NCBI GenBank assembly: GCA_024346625.1
Contig: AP024667.1
Location: 558,001-622,000, forward strand
Source: Williopsis jadinii
Lineage: Eukaryota
Direction: 5' to 3'
DNA: 64,000 bases
Part shown: positions 11,296 to 21,810 of the stretch, piece by piece
Layout of the letters: each line of letters begins with the position of its first letter
Position numbering within the stretch: position 1 is the stretch's first letter
Position numbers and translations under genes: made by a program
Notes under the pieces: generated by a model
Seen by the model: only the letters and a program-made list of their open reading frames with translations
Database searches by the model: none
What the model was told of the DNA's origin: nothing

Positions 11296-13194
11296 ATGGT
11301 ACTCAAGTCTCGAAACAAGGAGCCGTCGGTGGAGACGGACGCTGTTAAGGAGACCTCTCATGAGGATGACACTCCGAAGGAAACGCAGGAACACCACAAG
11401 TCGCATCACAAGAAGAAGAGGGCTAAGCACGATGATGAGTCTCAGTCGTATGCCTCCAAGAGGTTGGTGTTTATGTTCGGTGCTGTGATTGGTGTTTTGC
11501 TCGCAGCCTATCTCGGTGCTCACCGTCACAAGGATTTCGATAAGCTGTTTGACCTACAGGACTACGTTGATGATTGGCGTGGCTTCCTCCCTGAGAACAT
11601 CCGCAGCGTGTTATCAGACTTCGACTTTGCCACGCCCAGTCAACAGGACCTTACAGAGAACTTCTCTGTGGGAAAGGCTATGAAAAAGGACTACGGTTTG
11701 ACCTCAAAATTCCCCGTTGTGATGGTGCCAGGTGTCATCTCAACTGGTCTGGAGTCTTGGGGAACAGCAGGCGTTGAAGGTTGTCCTTCTCAGCCACATT
11801 TCCGTAAGAGACTATGGGGATCGATGTATATGATCCGTACGATGTTCCTGGACAAGGTGTGTTGGCTAAAGCACATCATGTTGGACCCAATAACTGGGTT
11901 GGATCCAGAAGGCATCACGGTTAGAGCCGCTCAGGGATTCGAAGCGGCAGACTTCTTCATAACAGGCTACTGGATTTGGGGTAAGATCATCCAAAACCTC
12001 GCTGCAATCGGATATGATCCGAACATGATGATCACTGCTGCTTATGATTGGAGATTGGCCTATATGGATTTAGAGAGACGTGATACATACTTTTCCACTA
12101 TGAAGGCACAAATCGAACTCCAAAAGAAAGTCAGCAATCAGAAAACGATCTTGATTGGACACTCAATGGGGGCACAGGTGGCGTATTACTTTATGAAATG
12201 GGTTGAAGCTGAAGGTGAATATTTTGGTAATGGTGGTCCAAATTGGATCAACGATAATATTGCTGCCTTCGTTGATATTTCGGGTTCAGCGCTTGGAGCT
12301 CCTAAGGCAGTGCCTGCACTGTTGTCAGGTGAGATGAAAGATACCGTCCAGCTCAATGCATTGGCGGTTTACGGTTTGGAGAAGTTCTTCTCCAGAAGAG
12401 AAAGAGTTGATATGCTTCGTACATTTGGTGGCATTCCAAGCATGTTCCCAAAGGGTGGTGACTTAATCTGGGGTACCTTAGAGGACGGCTCTGCTGACGA
12501 TGAATTGTCGCCAAACAAGAATGAGACATTCGCTGATTTCATCAGATTTGATGAAGCTGTTGGGACATTCTCCTCTAGAAACCTCACCATGGCTGACAGT
12601 TTGGACTACTTGTTGGATATGTCCCCAAACTGGTTCCAAGATCGGGTCCGTGAGCAGTATTCTTTTGGTGTTGCAACCACTCCTGAAGAGCTGCAAGCAA
12701 ACAACCAGAAGTTCTCTACCTGGTCCAACCCACTGGAGGCACCATTACCTAACGCACCGGATATGAAAATCTACTGCTTCTATGGTGTTGGAAACCCTAC
12801 AGAGAGAGCGTACATGTACCAGGAGGAGCAGAATAAGACCCTTGCTAAGCTCAACATCACCATAAAGGCGCCAAATAACGAGAACTCGCCCGTCTTCTTC
12901 ACCGATGGCGATGGAACGCTGCCGCTGTTGACGCACTCCATGTGCCATAAGTGGAAGACCTCGAGACACTACAACCCTGGAGGCTCGCCTGTTAAGATTG
13001 TTGAGATCAAGCACGAGCCTGATAGATTCGACATTCGCGGTGGTGCTAAAACCGCAGAGCACGTTGATATTCTCGGGTCTGCCGAGCTGAACGAACTGAT
13101 CTTGAAAGTTGCCAGTGGTCGTGATGATCTGATAGAGGAGAGACAAATCACAAACCTGTCCAGATGGGTTTCCGAGATGGACTTTGCGCTGTGA
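11296..13194 (+). CDS. LRO1: Phospholipid:diacylglycerol acyltransferase
   Basis: PVVMVPGVISTGLESW, FRKRLWGS, AAYDWRL, lipase motif GHSMG, DIRGGAKTAEHVDILGS; N-terminal TM segment. Confidence 0.97.
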   Translation: MVLKSRNKEPSVETDAVKETSHEDDTPKETQEHHKSHHKKKRAKHDDESQSYASKRLVFMFGAVIGVLLAAYLGAHRHKDFDKLFDLQDYVDDWRGFLPENIRSVLSDFDFATPSQQDLTENFSVGKAMKKDYGLTSKFPVVMVPGVISTGLESWGTAGVEGCPSQPHFRKRLWGSMYMIRTMFLDKVCWLKHIMLDPITGLDPEGITVRAAQGFEAADFFITGYWIWGKIIQNLAAIGYDPNMMITAAYDWRLAYMDLERRDTYFSTMKAQIELQKKVSNQKTILIGHSMGAQVAYYFMKWVEAEGEYFGNGGPNWINDNIAAFVDISGSALGAPKAVPALLSGEMKDTVQLNALAVYGLEKFFSRRERVDMLRTFGGIPSMFPKGGDLIWGTLEDGSADDELSPNKNETFADFIRFDEAVGTFSSRNLTMADSLDYLLDMSPNWFQDRVREQYSFGVATTPEELQANNQKFSTWSNPLEAPLPNAPDMKIYCFYGVGNPTERAYMYQEEQNKTLAKLNITIKAPNNENSPVFFTDGDGTLPLLTHSMCHKWKTSRHYNPGGSPVKIVEIKHEPDRFDIRGGAKTAEHVDILGSAELNELILKVASGRDDLIEERQITNLSRWVSEMDFAL

Positions 13195-14180
13195 GTGCGG
13201 TGTCCACCAGCAGGTGCGAAAGAGGTTTACAATACCTGTGTAACAATACGTAATATCGATTCACAACACTTAGAAAAGCGTCTAACCGTTCGCTTGTGTG
13301 GTTGTATGCGCATAGATTCGCACTGTAAAGCCCGTTGTGGTTTCCTTTGTTTACGTTTTCGTTGATGTTTATGTTTACGTTTTTGCCCCATATCCCGATT
13401 TCAAAGCAAACCCTCCCACCGCGACGCAAATGTGCGTCGTTATTCGAGGCAAAGTGTAAACAACGATGAGCGGCACCGTTACCGCCTCAACGCCTCGGCC
13501 CAAACCTTAAATTCCCCTTCACGCTCCTCCGCCATCTGAAAATCAACAGCGAGAACCCTACAAGCGAGTCGTACTGTCGATCCCTCGTTGGTGTGTCCTA
13601 TTGTTACCAGCAGTCGAGCAAAGGAGCCTGTGGTGGGACAGAGCGCTTTGTGGGAGGGCGGCAACCGGTTCCCACGATGGAAGGAGCGCTGTGGCAACTC
13701 AGCTTCACACAGCACCGTTAGGCTAAACGACGTTACGCGAAAACAGCACTAAATTAGATGACCGGAATGGGGTTGTCCCCTTAAAAAAGAACAACAATAA
13801 ACACAACAAGCGAGGTTTGTTTTGCTCTGTGTGTGTGTTTTGTTTTCGCACAAGCTCGTCATTTCTCCGACATGCAAAGCCGTTACCACGACGATTACCA
13901 TACAACTCTGCAGGAAAACAGGAAAACAATCTGGCGAAAAACGCGCATCGGTCGCGACGCGACTGTGTTCGAATTCGGGAAAAGGTAAACACGACGTGAA
14001 TTTTTGTCGTGGCGACGAGTCACCACTGTAGACGTCCGCATATATTCAATCATCTCTTTTTCTCCTGCTTTATATACTGTTTCCATTCTTTCTCCTGCTT
14101 TCCTTGTTGTTGTTGTTCTTGTTCTTCACCGTGCACACGTTCAGAACTCAGGCCAGGCACAGAGCATTCCTATTGATACG

Positions 14181-14834
14181 ATGACGACAATGACGACGAC
14201 AACGACGACAGCGACCAGAATCCCTCTTCAGCGTATAGAGCAAAACACCCTGCAAAGAAATATGAAGGCGAGTGACATCGCCTTCATCATCAACAAAGCA
14301 TCGGCAGAAACCTCTGTGCCAACGTGCAAAGCCAACAACAACAACAACATACCAGCAGGCCAGGTCTTGAAGCCTACGGACACGTCCTCCTGTGCCAGAA
14401 AGCTCAAGTACAGGCTGAGACTCGCATACTATAAACTTCGCACGAACCAGGTGAACGTTCCATTGAATGAGATCATCATGGGCCAGCAGGAAAAGCACGT
14501 CACCCCTTCATTGACCCGCCATATCTCTCTTTTGGCTGCATCTACACCATTATCACAGAAGAAGAAACGAGTTGCATTTACCAAATCACGCTCAATGTAC
14601 GAGACCTTAAGCCCTGTTGTTGAAGCACCATCTTATTCACAATCAGCCCTACCAGTTAAAGATACATTCAATCATAACGCCAACAGACAAACAGTGACGC
14701 CCGTAAAGCGTTCTCATGATGATAACGGAGATTTGATCATGTCATCTCCAACTAAAAAGCTATGCTCCTCCACTCCAGGATCATACGGTGCTGCTAAGTC
14801 TTTGTTACAACTATCACTTATCAGCACAAACTGA
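14181..14834 (+). CDS. NRM1: MBF corepressor Nrm1 (Whi5 family)
   Basis: GTB motif ARKLKYRLRLAYYKLRTNQ, multiple S/T-P sites, C-terminal TPGSYGAAKSLLQL; follows LRO1 as in S. cerevisiae. Start uncertain. Confidence 0.8.
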   Translation: MTTMTTTTTTATRIPLQRIEQNTLQRNMKASDIAFIINKASAETSVPTCKANNNNNIPAGQVLKPTDTSSCARKLKYRLRLAYYKLRTNQVNVPLNEIIMGQQEKHVTPSLTRHISLLAASTPLSQKKKRVAFTKSRSMYETLSPVVEAPSYSQSALPVKDTFNHNANRQTVTPVKRSHDDNGDLIMSSPTKKLCSSTPGSYGAAKSLLQLSLISTN

Positions 14835-14962
14835 GCATTGCGCTTCCGTAAGGGAGTGCTATATAATGTATGTATGCGAGTGTCAGACAGAAAAACAGGC
14901 ACTACAACCTAATGATAAAGACTCAATACGCCTTTAAATATTGAAATCGTGTACTTCCGTAA

Positions 14963-16126
14963 TTAGCTGGCAAATGTAATGTCATCAACTATTTTCTCCA
15001 ACATCGCACAGGAGGTCATAATATGAGCCTGCCATTGCTGTAAAGCATTATCGTGGCCAAAATAAATTGTATGGTTAATATCATCGACGCTTGCCTTCAT
15101 GCGATTGTCACGGATCATTTCTGTGATGATTGATTCGACAGAACTCTGTTCCAACCCAACCATTTCAGAGAACGTGCTCAGACGTAAGTTAGCATAGATC
15201 ATACTGGCTGCAACCAAGTTATTTTCAACTACTGCACGGGCCAACTCCCTCTGCCAATAGGAATCAGAGAGCGTTTGGTCGTTATGTTCAACGATGTAAC
15301 TCAGCACCTGAGTGTACTCCTCGGCATATATCAGCCTCTCATTGGACATCTTTTCAAACATTGAAGCCAATGGGGTATTCATGACATTCGACAGAATGTG
15401 GCTGCTTTTCCTGATCTCCTTGAACAAGTTTCTGGTGAAGGGACTCGAGGGGGCTAGCAGTGCGTACGTAACTAATGGTCCATCACACGTTTCATCGTTC
15501 AACGATAGTAGACGAGAAGCAGCTTCTAGCCATTTCCCAACATGAATCATAACACGCACTGCGGTCTTATGGGCCTCTGAACGTAACTCTGAAGCGGATT
15601 CTGGTAAAGAAGATAACGACTGTGAAATCCTCGTCAGATGGGCTTCCGCATTCTCATAATCATCAATCTGTAAACAGTCCTTTGCTATCCTGGTATTCAG
15701 CTGAACGCGGAATATGGTGAACGACTCTTCGTCGTCGAAATCCTGCGCCAGCACATCGGCCTGTAACAAGTGTAAGAGGTCAACAGCCTGTCCAAACATC
15801 TGCCATGACTCGTACAAGGAGCTCAAATTTAGCACAACTTCCGTCAGCGCGGCGCTGACAAGCGCCGTTGGAGGCGTGAACAAGTCCACAAGCTGCTCAT
15901 ACACTTGCTGCCTTGCCTTTGGCTCTAGCTCATCCTCAACGTAGGAAACGTATCTCAGCAGAATCTTCTTCACAGGCAGTGTTGGTTGTTTTGTGACCGC
16001 TGTGATCAACGACGCCAGCTGCGACGACCCCACGGCTTCGGCAGTTAACAGCGATAATATGTCATCCTCCTTGGTTGCTGAATCACCGTTAGCAATTGAC
16101 ACAACAGAAAGCAAAGCCTTCGACAT
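14963..16126 (-). CDS. PCI-domain protein, COP9 signalosome subunit 4-like (divergent)
   Basis: C-terminus LARAVVENNLVAASMIYANL...IRDNRMKASVDDINHTIYF...LQQWQAHIMTSC follows the CSN4 pattern (L.RAV.EHNLLSASKLYNNI...RM.G.IDQI..W...I.SLC). Confidence 0.72.
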   Translation of the reverse strand: MSKALLSVVSIANGDSATKEDDILSLLTAEAVGSSQLASLITAVTKQPTLPVKKILLRYVSYVEDELEPKARQQVYEQLVDLFTPPTALVSAALTEVVLNLSSLYESWQMFGQAVDLLHLLQADVLAQDFDDEESFTIFRVQLNTRIAKDCLQIDDYENAEAHLTRISQSLSSLPESASELRSEAHKTAVRVMIHVGKWLEAASRLLSLNDETCDGPLVTYALLAPSSPFTRNLFKEIRKSSHILSNVMNTPLASMFEKMSNERLIYAEEYTQVLSYIVEHNDQTLSDSYWQRELARAVVENNLVAASMIYANLRLSTFSEMVGLEQSSVESIITEMIRDNRMKASVDDINHTIYFGHDNALQQWQAHIMTSCAMLEKIVDDITFAS

Positions 16127-16407
16127 GATTTCCTGTTGCTGTGTTGTTATTCCTTTCCCACTATCACGCTCTCTCTCGCTACTGTGCTTGTCAGCTTGTT
16201 CTACCAGGGTTTCGTGTATGTTTCCCGTACCGGACTCGGGCCTATTGCTGTTTTCGGATATTTTGTGGCAAGAGAGGGGGCGCGGATGTTCCCGGGGCAA
16301 AGCGGTACGCTGCTGTGTTCTTCCTCTGGTGTTGTTATTGGCCTTTTGTACAGAGAAGCTGTCACAAACGATAAGAGAAGAAGAGGAAACACACACACAG
16401 TGTAGAT

Positions 16408-17316
16408 ATGTTAAGATCAACGTTCAACTCGTGGAGGGAATATCTAACTCCTGCTTATCATACTTCGACGTTCTCCCAAACCGGGGAGATTACGCCTGAG
16501 GAGTTTGTTCAAGCTGGTGATTATCTCACGTATAAGTTCCCAACATGGCAGTGGCTTGGAGCACCAGCGTCCAAGCAGAGGGACTTCTTACCAACGGATA
16601 AGCAAGTACTGGTGACAAGGCGTGTTCCATCGCTTGTAAGGGCAAATGACTACGAGAACGTGGCTATAGAAGAGGAGGAGGATGCGGACGGGTGGACCAC
16701 GACGAGTGGACCCCATACTGGTGCCACCTCTGGTACTAAACAAGCAGGTGCCCAGCAGTCAGAGATTGAGGAGATTGATGACTTGATCGACAACACTGCG
16801 GAGGACGATGACGATGACGAACAGGAATATACAACACAGGCAAACAAGCGGTTCTATGACTTATACATCCACTATTCAACCGCGTACAGGGTCCCAAGGA
16901 TGTATCTTGTTGGGTTTGACTCGAACGGGACTCCCTTAACACCAGAGCAGATGTTTGAAGATATCTCTGAGGACTACAGGGATAAAACCGTCACCATCGA
17001 AAAGGCCCCTTTCCTAAACGATACAACAACGGTGTCAATCCATCCTTGTCGTCATGCCGCAGTTATGAAGGTCTTGATCAATAGAGCAATGTCCGCTGCA
17101 AGGCTTAAAAAGGAGAAACAAGACCTGTTGAAGGGTGTCAAGAACATTGGGCTTGCTGACAGTGAGGACACTGATGATTGGGAACAATTAGACGACACCA
17201 GCGTAGATGATGTCCAGTCTGTTGTTCGTGTCGATCAATACCTTATTATCTTTTTGAAGTTTATCACTAGTGTAACCCCAGGCATTGAACATGACTACAC
17301 GATGGATGCATTTTAA
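16408..17316 (+). CDS. ATG3: Autophagy E2-like enzyme Atg3
   Basis: MLRSTFNSWREYLTP, GEITPEEFVQAGDYL.YKFPTW, catalytic SIHPCRHA, RVDQYLIIFLKF..EHDYTM. Confidence 0.97.
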   Translation: MLRSTFNSWREYLTPAYHTSTFSQTGEITPEEFVQAGDYLTYKFPTWQWLGAPASKQRDFLPTDKQVLVTRRVPSLVRANDYENVAIEEEEDADGWTTTSGPHTGATSGTKQAGAQQSEIEEIDDLIDNTAEDDDDDEQEYTTQANKRFYDLYIHYSTAYRVPRMYLVGFDSNGTPLTPEQMFEDISEDYRDKTVTIEKAPFLNDTTTVSIHPCRHAAVMKVLINRAMSAARLKKEKQDLLKGVKNIGLADSEDTDDWEQLDDTSVDDVQSVVRVDQYLIIFLKFITSVTPGIEHDYTMDAF

Positions 17317-17369
17317 GAGAGGCTTATATTGAAGTAACATACACCTTATACTGAAATTTGTAGCATCGA

Positions 17370-19700
17370 CTATCCTTTCCAGCTGGAGAAGAATGATCTG
17401 AAGCGTGTCGGTCTCCTTTGCTGCAGGTCTGATTGAGTCCTCTTCAACACGGTTTCTTCGCCTCGATATCTCTCTGATATTGTATCTGACTCATTGATAT
17501 ACATATTGTCATCAGAGATTTTAAAGGATACAACTCTCTTGCGGTGACTCGGGGTCCTCAATCTTTTGATTCTGAACCACTTATTATTAGTTGGCTTGTT
17601 TCTAGAATCGATAGAAATTACTGGTGCAGGCGTTGGAGCATGTTCTGAAACAGACTTGAATCCACGAAATTTATCATCCATCAAGCTCGTTAAGGTATCT
17701 CCAGTCTCGTTGGAATCCCTAGAACTTGACAGTTTAATAGTGTCGTGGCCATCCAACATTTTTCTGGCATCATCAAAACCTTTAAAGCGTTCCTGTCCAG
17801 GCTCAGGAAGTACAAAATCGTCAGGGTTTGATAACGATGCACCAGACTCAAGGTTGAATTGGGGTTGTCTTGAAAGCGATAGAGTTCTGGACCTCCAAAG
17901 CGATTTCAAAGAGATTATGGAACCTGGTTTTTCTTCTTTGTCCTCACGCTCATGCCTATCATCTTCGTTCCACTTCTTACTTGGGTTAACGGATGGTTGA
18001 GGACTCGTGAAAAATATCTTCTTAATGGAATTTCTTCTCTTCGTAACAAGTGGTGGAGAGACAAATCTGTTATTTAGAGTCCAGTCTTTAAGTGTATCGG
18101 CTTGGTCTGATTTCTCCAAAGCACTTGTTGATTGTATCCTCTCCTGGAAAAGTGACTTTACTGTGCTTTTCTCACTTGTATCTTTTGCTAAGAGCATAGC
18201 AGTCATCGTTCCAGCTGGGGACACTGTCACTTCACTAGGAACAGTCTGTATCTGCAGAGATCTAGGATCAAGAGTTGTTATTGTGTCTTCTTCTGTAGTG
18301 CTTGATTTATTCGCTTGTGTAACGGATGCAGTGTTGGTATCCTCTGTTGTCAGACTTGCAGACTTCTTCCCGGAAATGCTTTTAATCATATCAACAACTA
18401 TTGCGCTTGCATGAGCTATTGGGCTTGTTGGTCTTATCTTCGTTAACGGCTCAACACTCAAAACCTTGGCACTGTTATCTTCAGATACAGAATCAAGTGC
18501 GCTCAACAGAGAGCAAATATTTGCTTGTTCAAACTTAACATCACAAAGGATATCATCGTTAAGCTCAAAGGCCGATGTCAATGTATTGCCCCAACGCTCA
18601 GGGTTCTCTTGGTATATGTTAAGGTGAATAAGAGAGTCACCAGTTACCAGACTCTGGTTCTGTCTTTCTGGAGACCCTTTTTGAAGATCTTTTGCATATA
18701 GTGAGACAAGCCCCTGCATGTCGCATTCGCCGTTAGTAGCGTTTCCAGTGCCATTTACAGTGTATTTTCTTGTAACAATTTGCTCTGGGGATTCAATATG
18801 GAATAATAACTCAAGTTGTCCAGTTTCAAGTTGTCCAAAGTCATTATGGTTAATGGTGGCTTCCCTTGAGCGTCTGTTCGTCTTTGCCTTATTGTGGTCA
18901 TACTCTTCAACAGCGTTGACAACTTTTGAGGTTTCGAATACAGACTCCAGTGGATGTCCTGTTAGAGACCTCTTGTAAATGCTTTGTTCGATAGAACTTC
19001 CGGAGGTGATAAGTTTAACACCACGATTCACTGGCGCATCTTCTAGGCTAATTCTGCTGCCAAGCCCCAGTGTATCATCACCATCACTCAGACTCCTACC
19101 CACAGCGTCGGCACTCATAATTCTTCTAGGAAAATTGAATGACGAGTTCAAGGAATCAATCAACCGCTTCCCACTAGAAGCTGAGAACAGCCCATTGCTG
19201 TCAACAGATACCTTCAGTGTATCTAATTCCAAGTACTTGGGTTTTGGAAAGATGCCGCGTCTTTGAATCTGTGTAGATTCAGCAGCATCATTCAAGAACA
19301 CCTGATAAGTTCGATCCCGGTCAATTGTGGACCCACGAGAGTAGCCCTCGTCATCTTCAATAGCAGAATCTGGGTCATCAACCACGTCCAAGTGAGCCAT
19401 GAGCTCCTGGTCATATATTCGTGGAAGCGTCAAGACATCAACTGAATCGCTGTGCAGCTTTACATCTGTACCATCGCCATCTGTTGTCTCCACCACTGTC
19501 AGCATCCTTGATTCATCCGCAAGCATACTCTCTTCAAGATCCTCACCTTGAGGTTTCGACTTGCATTCTGGAGACATTGTGTCTGACCTAAGCCCTTGTT
19601 CTATAACAGTTTGGTAAGTCGAAAGCTTGAAATCTGTAGATACTCCTCCTCCGAAGTCGAACAAGTCCTCATTCACGAGAAGCTCAACGGCGTCCGTCAT
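17370..19700 (-). CDS. Uncharacterised 776-aa Ser/Thr/acidic-rich, probably disordered protein
   Basis: Uninterrupted 2.3-kb ORF filling the ATG3-MRL1 interval; no domain recognised. Confidence 0.75.
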   Translation of the reverse strand: MTDAVELLVNEDLFDFGGGVSTDFKLSTYQTVIEQGLRSDTMSPECKSKPQGEDLEESMLADESRMLTVVETTDGDGTDVKLHSDSVDVLTLPRIYDQELMAHLDVVDDPDSAIEDDEGYSRGSTIDRDRTYQVFLNDAAESTQIQRRGIFPKPKYLELDTLKVSVDSNGLFSASSGKRLIDSLNSSFNFPRRIMSADAVGRSLSDGDDTLGLGSRISLEDAPVNRGVKLITSGSSIEQSIYKRSLTGHPLESVFETSKVVNAVEEYDHNKAKTNRRSREATINHNDFGQLETGQLELLFHIESPEQIVTRKYTVNGTGNATNGECDMQGLVSLYAKDLQKGSPERQNQSLVTGDSLIHLNIYQENPERWGNTLTSAFELNDDILCDVKFEQANICSLLSALDSVSEDNSAKVLSVEPLTKIRPTSPIAHASAIVVDMIKSISGKKSASLTTEDTNTASVTQANKSSTTEEDTITTLDPRSLQIQTVPSEVTVSPAGTMTAMLLAKDTSEKSTVKSLFQERIQSTSALEKSDQADTLKDWTLNNRFVSPPLVTKRRNSIKKIFFTSPQPSVNPSKKWNEDDRHEREDKEEKPGSIISLKSLWRSRTLSLSRQPQFNLESGASLSNPDDFVLPEPGQERFKGFDDARKMLDGHDTIKLSSSRDSNETGDTLTSLMDDKFRGFKSVSEHAPTPAPVISIDSRNKPTNNKWFRIKRLRTPSHRKRVVSFKISDDNMYINESDTISERYRGEETVLKRTQSDLQQRRPTRFRSFFSSWKG

Positions 19701-20172
19701 TGTGTATCACCGTGTTATTGAAGCCCGGCACGAATCTCACAAGAAAGAGAGAACTGATCTTAGACACAACATTTGTGATTCCTCCATTGCCGCTATTGTC
19801 GTTTCGTATTAATGGGCTCAAACACTTGACACAAAAGCACTTCTAGCAGAGCGATACGAAAAAGTAAACAAACAACCCCCGGTGTTTGCTTCTGTGCACC
19901 GGATCTCGCATTTGTGTTCCGCAAAAATTCCTCCACTTGTGGTCCTTAAAGCTAGCGCGCAGCGTGAAACGGTTGATTTTCTTATGGTTTAGACCCCTCG
20001 ATAAGTACAGCGTATCACTTTTGTTTTGTACGGATATAACGCTTATCATATACTTCTGTTCTCGACACTGCTGTACAAGCGCCCACTTTCCGTTGAGTCT
20101 GTTCCTTGTCATAGATATACATTTGGTTTGAAAAGAAAGGAGAGTAACCGCTTCATAGTTCTCTTACTCATT

Positions 20173-21313
20173 ATGAAACACCAGCATATTGTACTGTACT
20201 TGATAACGGTGTATCAACTTGTATCAGCTACGACTCTTGAATCGCTTCGAAAGAGGTTTGATGCAGCTGAGTTTGTGCATGGTACTTTGTCAAGTAATAC
20301 TAAGTCGGAGGACAAACCAAAAGAGAGTGATGTGAATGATTCAACGCCTGATGAGGAGAAGATTCCTTTCTGCGCTGCCACACATCCCTCGACGAATGGG
20401 TTCTTTGATCTTAGTGGATTGAGTTCTCTGGGGAAAGAGAACATAGCAGCATGGGGCGCAAGGGGTTACGACTATCACAGAAATTTCACGCTTGGTATAT
20501 GCTCTTCGCCCTTGAAATCCAACGTTGATGTCAGTATGAAGGAAAATTCTAAAACCGGATTAAACTCAAGCGACGTTGGAGGTTATTATGTGGAAGAAGA
20601 TGGACGCAAAGTTTCCATTGGGGAATTCTCAACTACGCCTATGTTCAGAGGTAAGAAGTTGACTATCACCTATAACAATGGAAGTTATTGTCCAAACGGA
20701 ATTGATAGGAAATCCACCATTTTGACCTTTACATGTGATAGAGAGATCCTTCAAAAGGCACAGATCTCTTTTGTCGGTGTCCTCCATGATTGTGATTATT
20801 TCTTTGACGTACATACTGTCCATGCATGTCCAACTGCCCACAAGGACGAAGGTCTCGGTGTGATATGGATCTTTGCTTTGATCTTCCTTGCAGCGTTGTT
20901 TGTTTACACCAGTGGTGGATTCTTGTACAAGAGATTTGTCACCAACCGTCGTGGTTGGAAACAGCTTCCAACATATAACCTGGGTAACAAGGTGTCATCC
21001 GCACTGACAGGTCAGGTAAGTCATCTCCAAGAATAACTACATTAAATAGCAGCACACTCATCGACTCGTTCTTTCTTTCGCTCGCCACGTGTACTTTACC
21101 GTGCTGTAGCCTGAGGTCCTGATGAGTTGCTCTACTTAACTGTTTTCTCTTACTGCTTTTTTCCTCTTCTTTACAAAGGAACTTGATCACTAATTATAAA
21201 CACAGTGGCCAGATAGACATGATTCCATAAGACTAGACAGCAATAGTGATAGATTTGGATTCATTGAAGACCAGAACAATCTGATTGACTCTTTGGATGT
21301 ACAAGAAGATTGA
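20173..21313 (+). CDS. MRL1: Mannose-6-phosphate receptor-like protein; exons 20173-21015 and 21206-21313
   Basis: Signal peptide, MRH domain (PFCAATHP..GFFDLS, WGARGYDY..NFTLGICSSP, RKSTILTFTCDRE, CDYFFDVHTVHAC), TM helix, RGWKQLP; next to TEF1 as in S. cerevisiae YPR079W/080W. Confidence 0.9.
21016..21205 (+). other. Putative 3'-proximal intron (190 nt) in MRL1
   Basis: GTAAGT donor at a codon boundary, CACTAAT branch-like motif 21188-21194, CAG acceptor; downstream exon open for 35 codons ending EDQNNLIDSLDVQED. Confidence 0.75.
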
Positions 21314-21443
21314 AATTCCATTCACTTCTGTGCACAACCTTCAAATACACACTATATAAGACAATCACAAGAAACAAACACCTTTATAAATATCGTTATT
21401 GCTTGCAAGAATAAACAACTTTTGACGAAATGCAGAACAACCT

Positions 21444-21506
21444 CATTAGGGCTCCCACAAATTGAATATCACGTGACGTATCCTTTCCACCTCCAAAGCC
21501 CTAATG
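21444..21506. promoter_or_regulatory. TEF1 upstream element: inverted Tbf1-like sites flanking a Cbf1 site
   Basis: CATTAGGGCT (21444-53), TCACGTGA (21469-76), AGCCCTAATG (21497-506). Confidence 0.6.
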
Positions 21507-21810
21507 TCCCAAACACAGAGTGGCAATTCCCACTGTGAATTTTTCACCCCAATTAGGCAAAAGCCAGCGAAATTGTGCTGCTGCCTACGGAAACCCCCGT
21601 GAATTAACTTTTTTTCTGTTTTGTTGTCCTTTTGCCACGCGGTTGCTGTGTGTGTCTGTTTTTTTGGGCTTTTCTGGTTTGCGCCACATCCCTTTCTGTA
21701 TGACCTGGCCGTGCCTATGGTGATCTTTTTTAAAAAAAATTTTCAAGTCATCTTCTCTTCTCCTTCCTCCTGTTCTCTTTTGAATTCAGTATCTATCAAA
21801 TTTAATCAAA

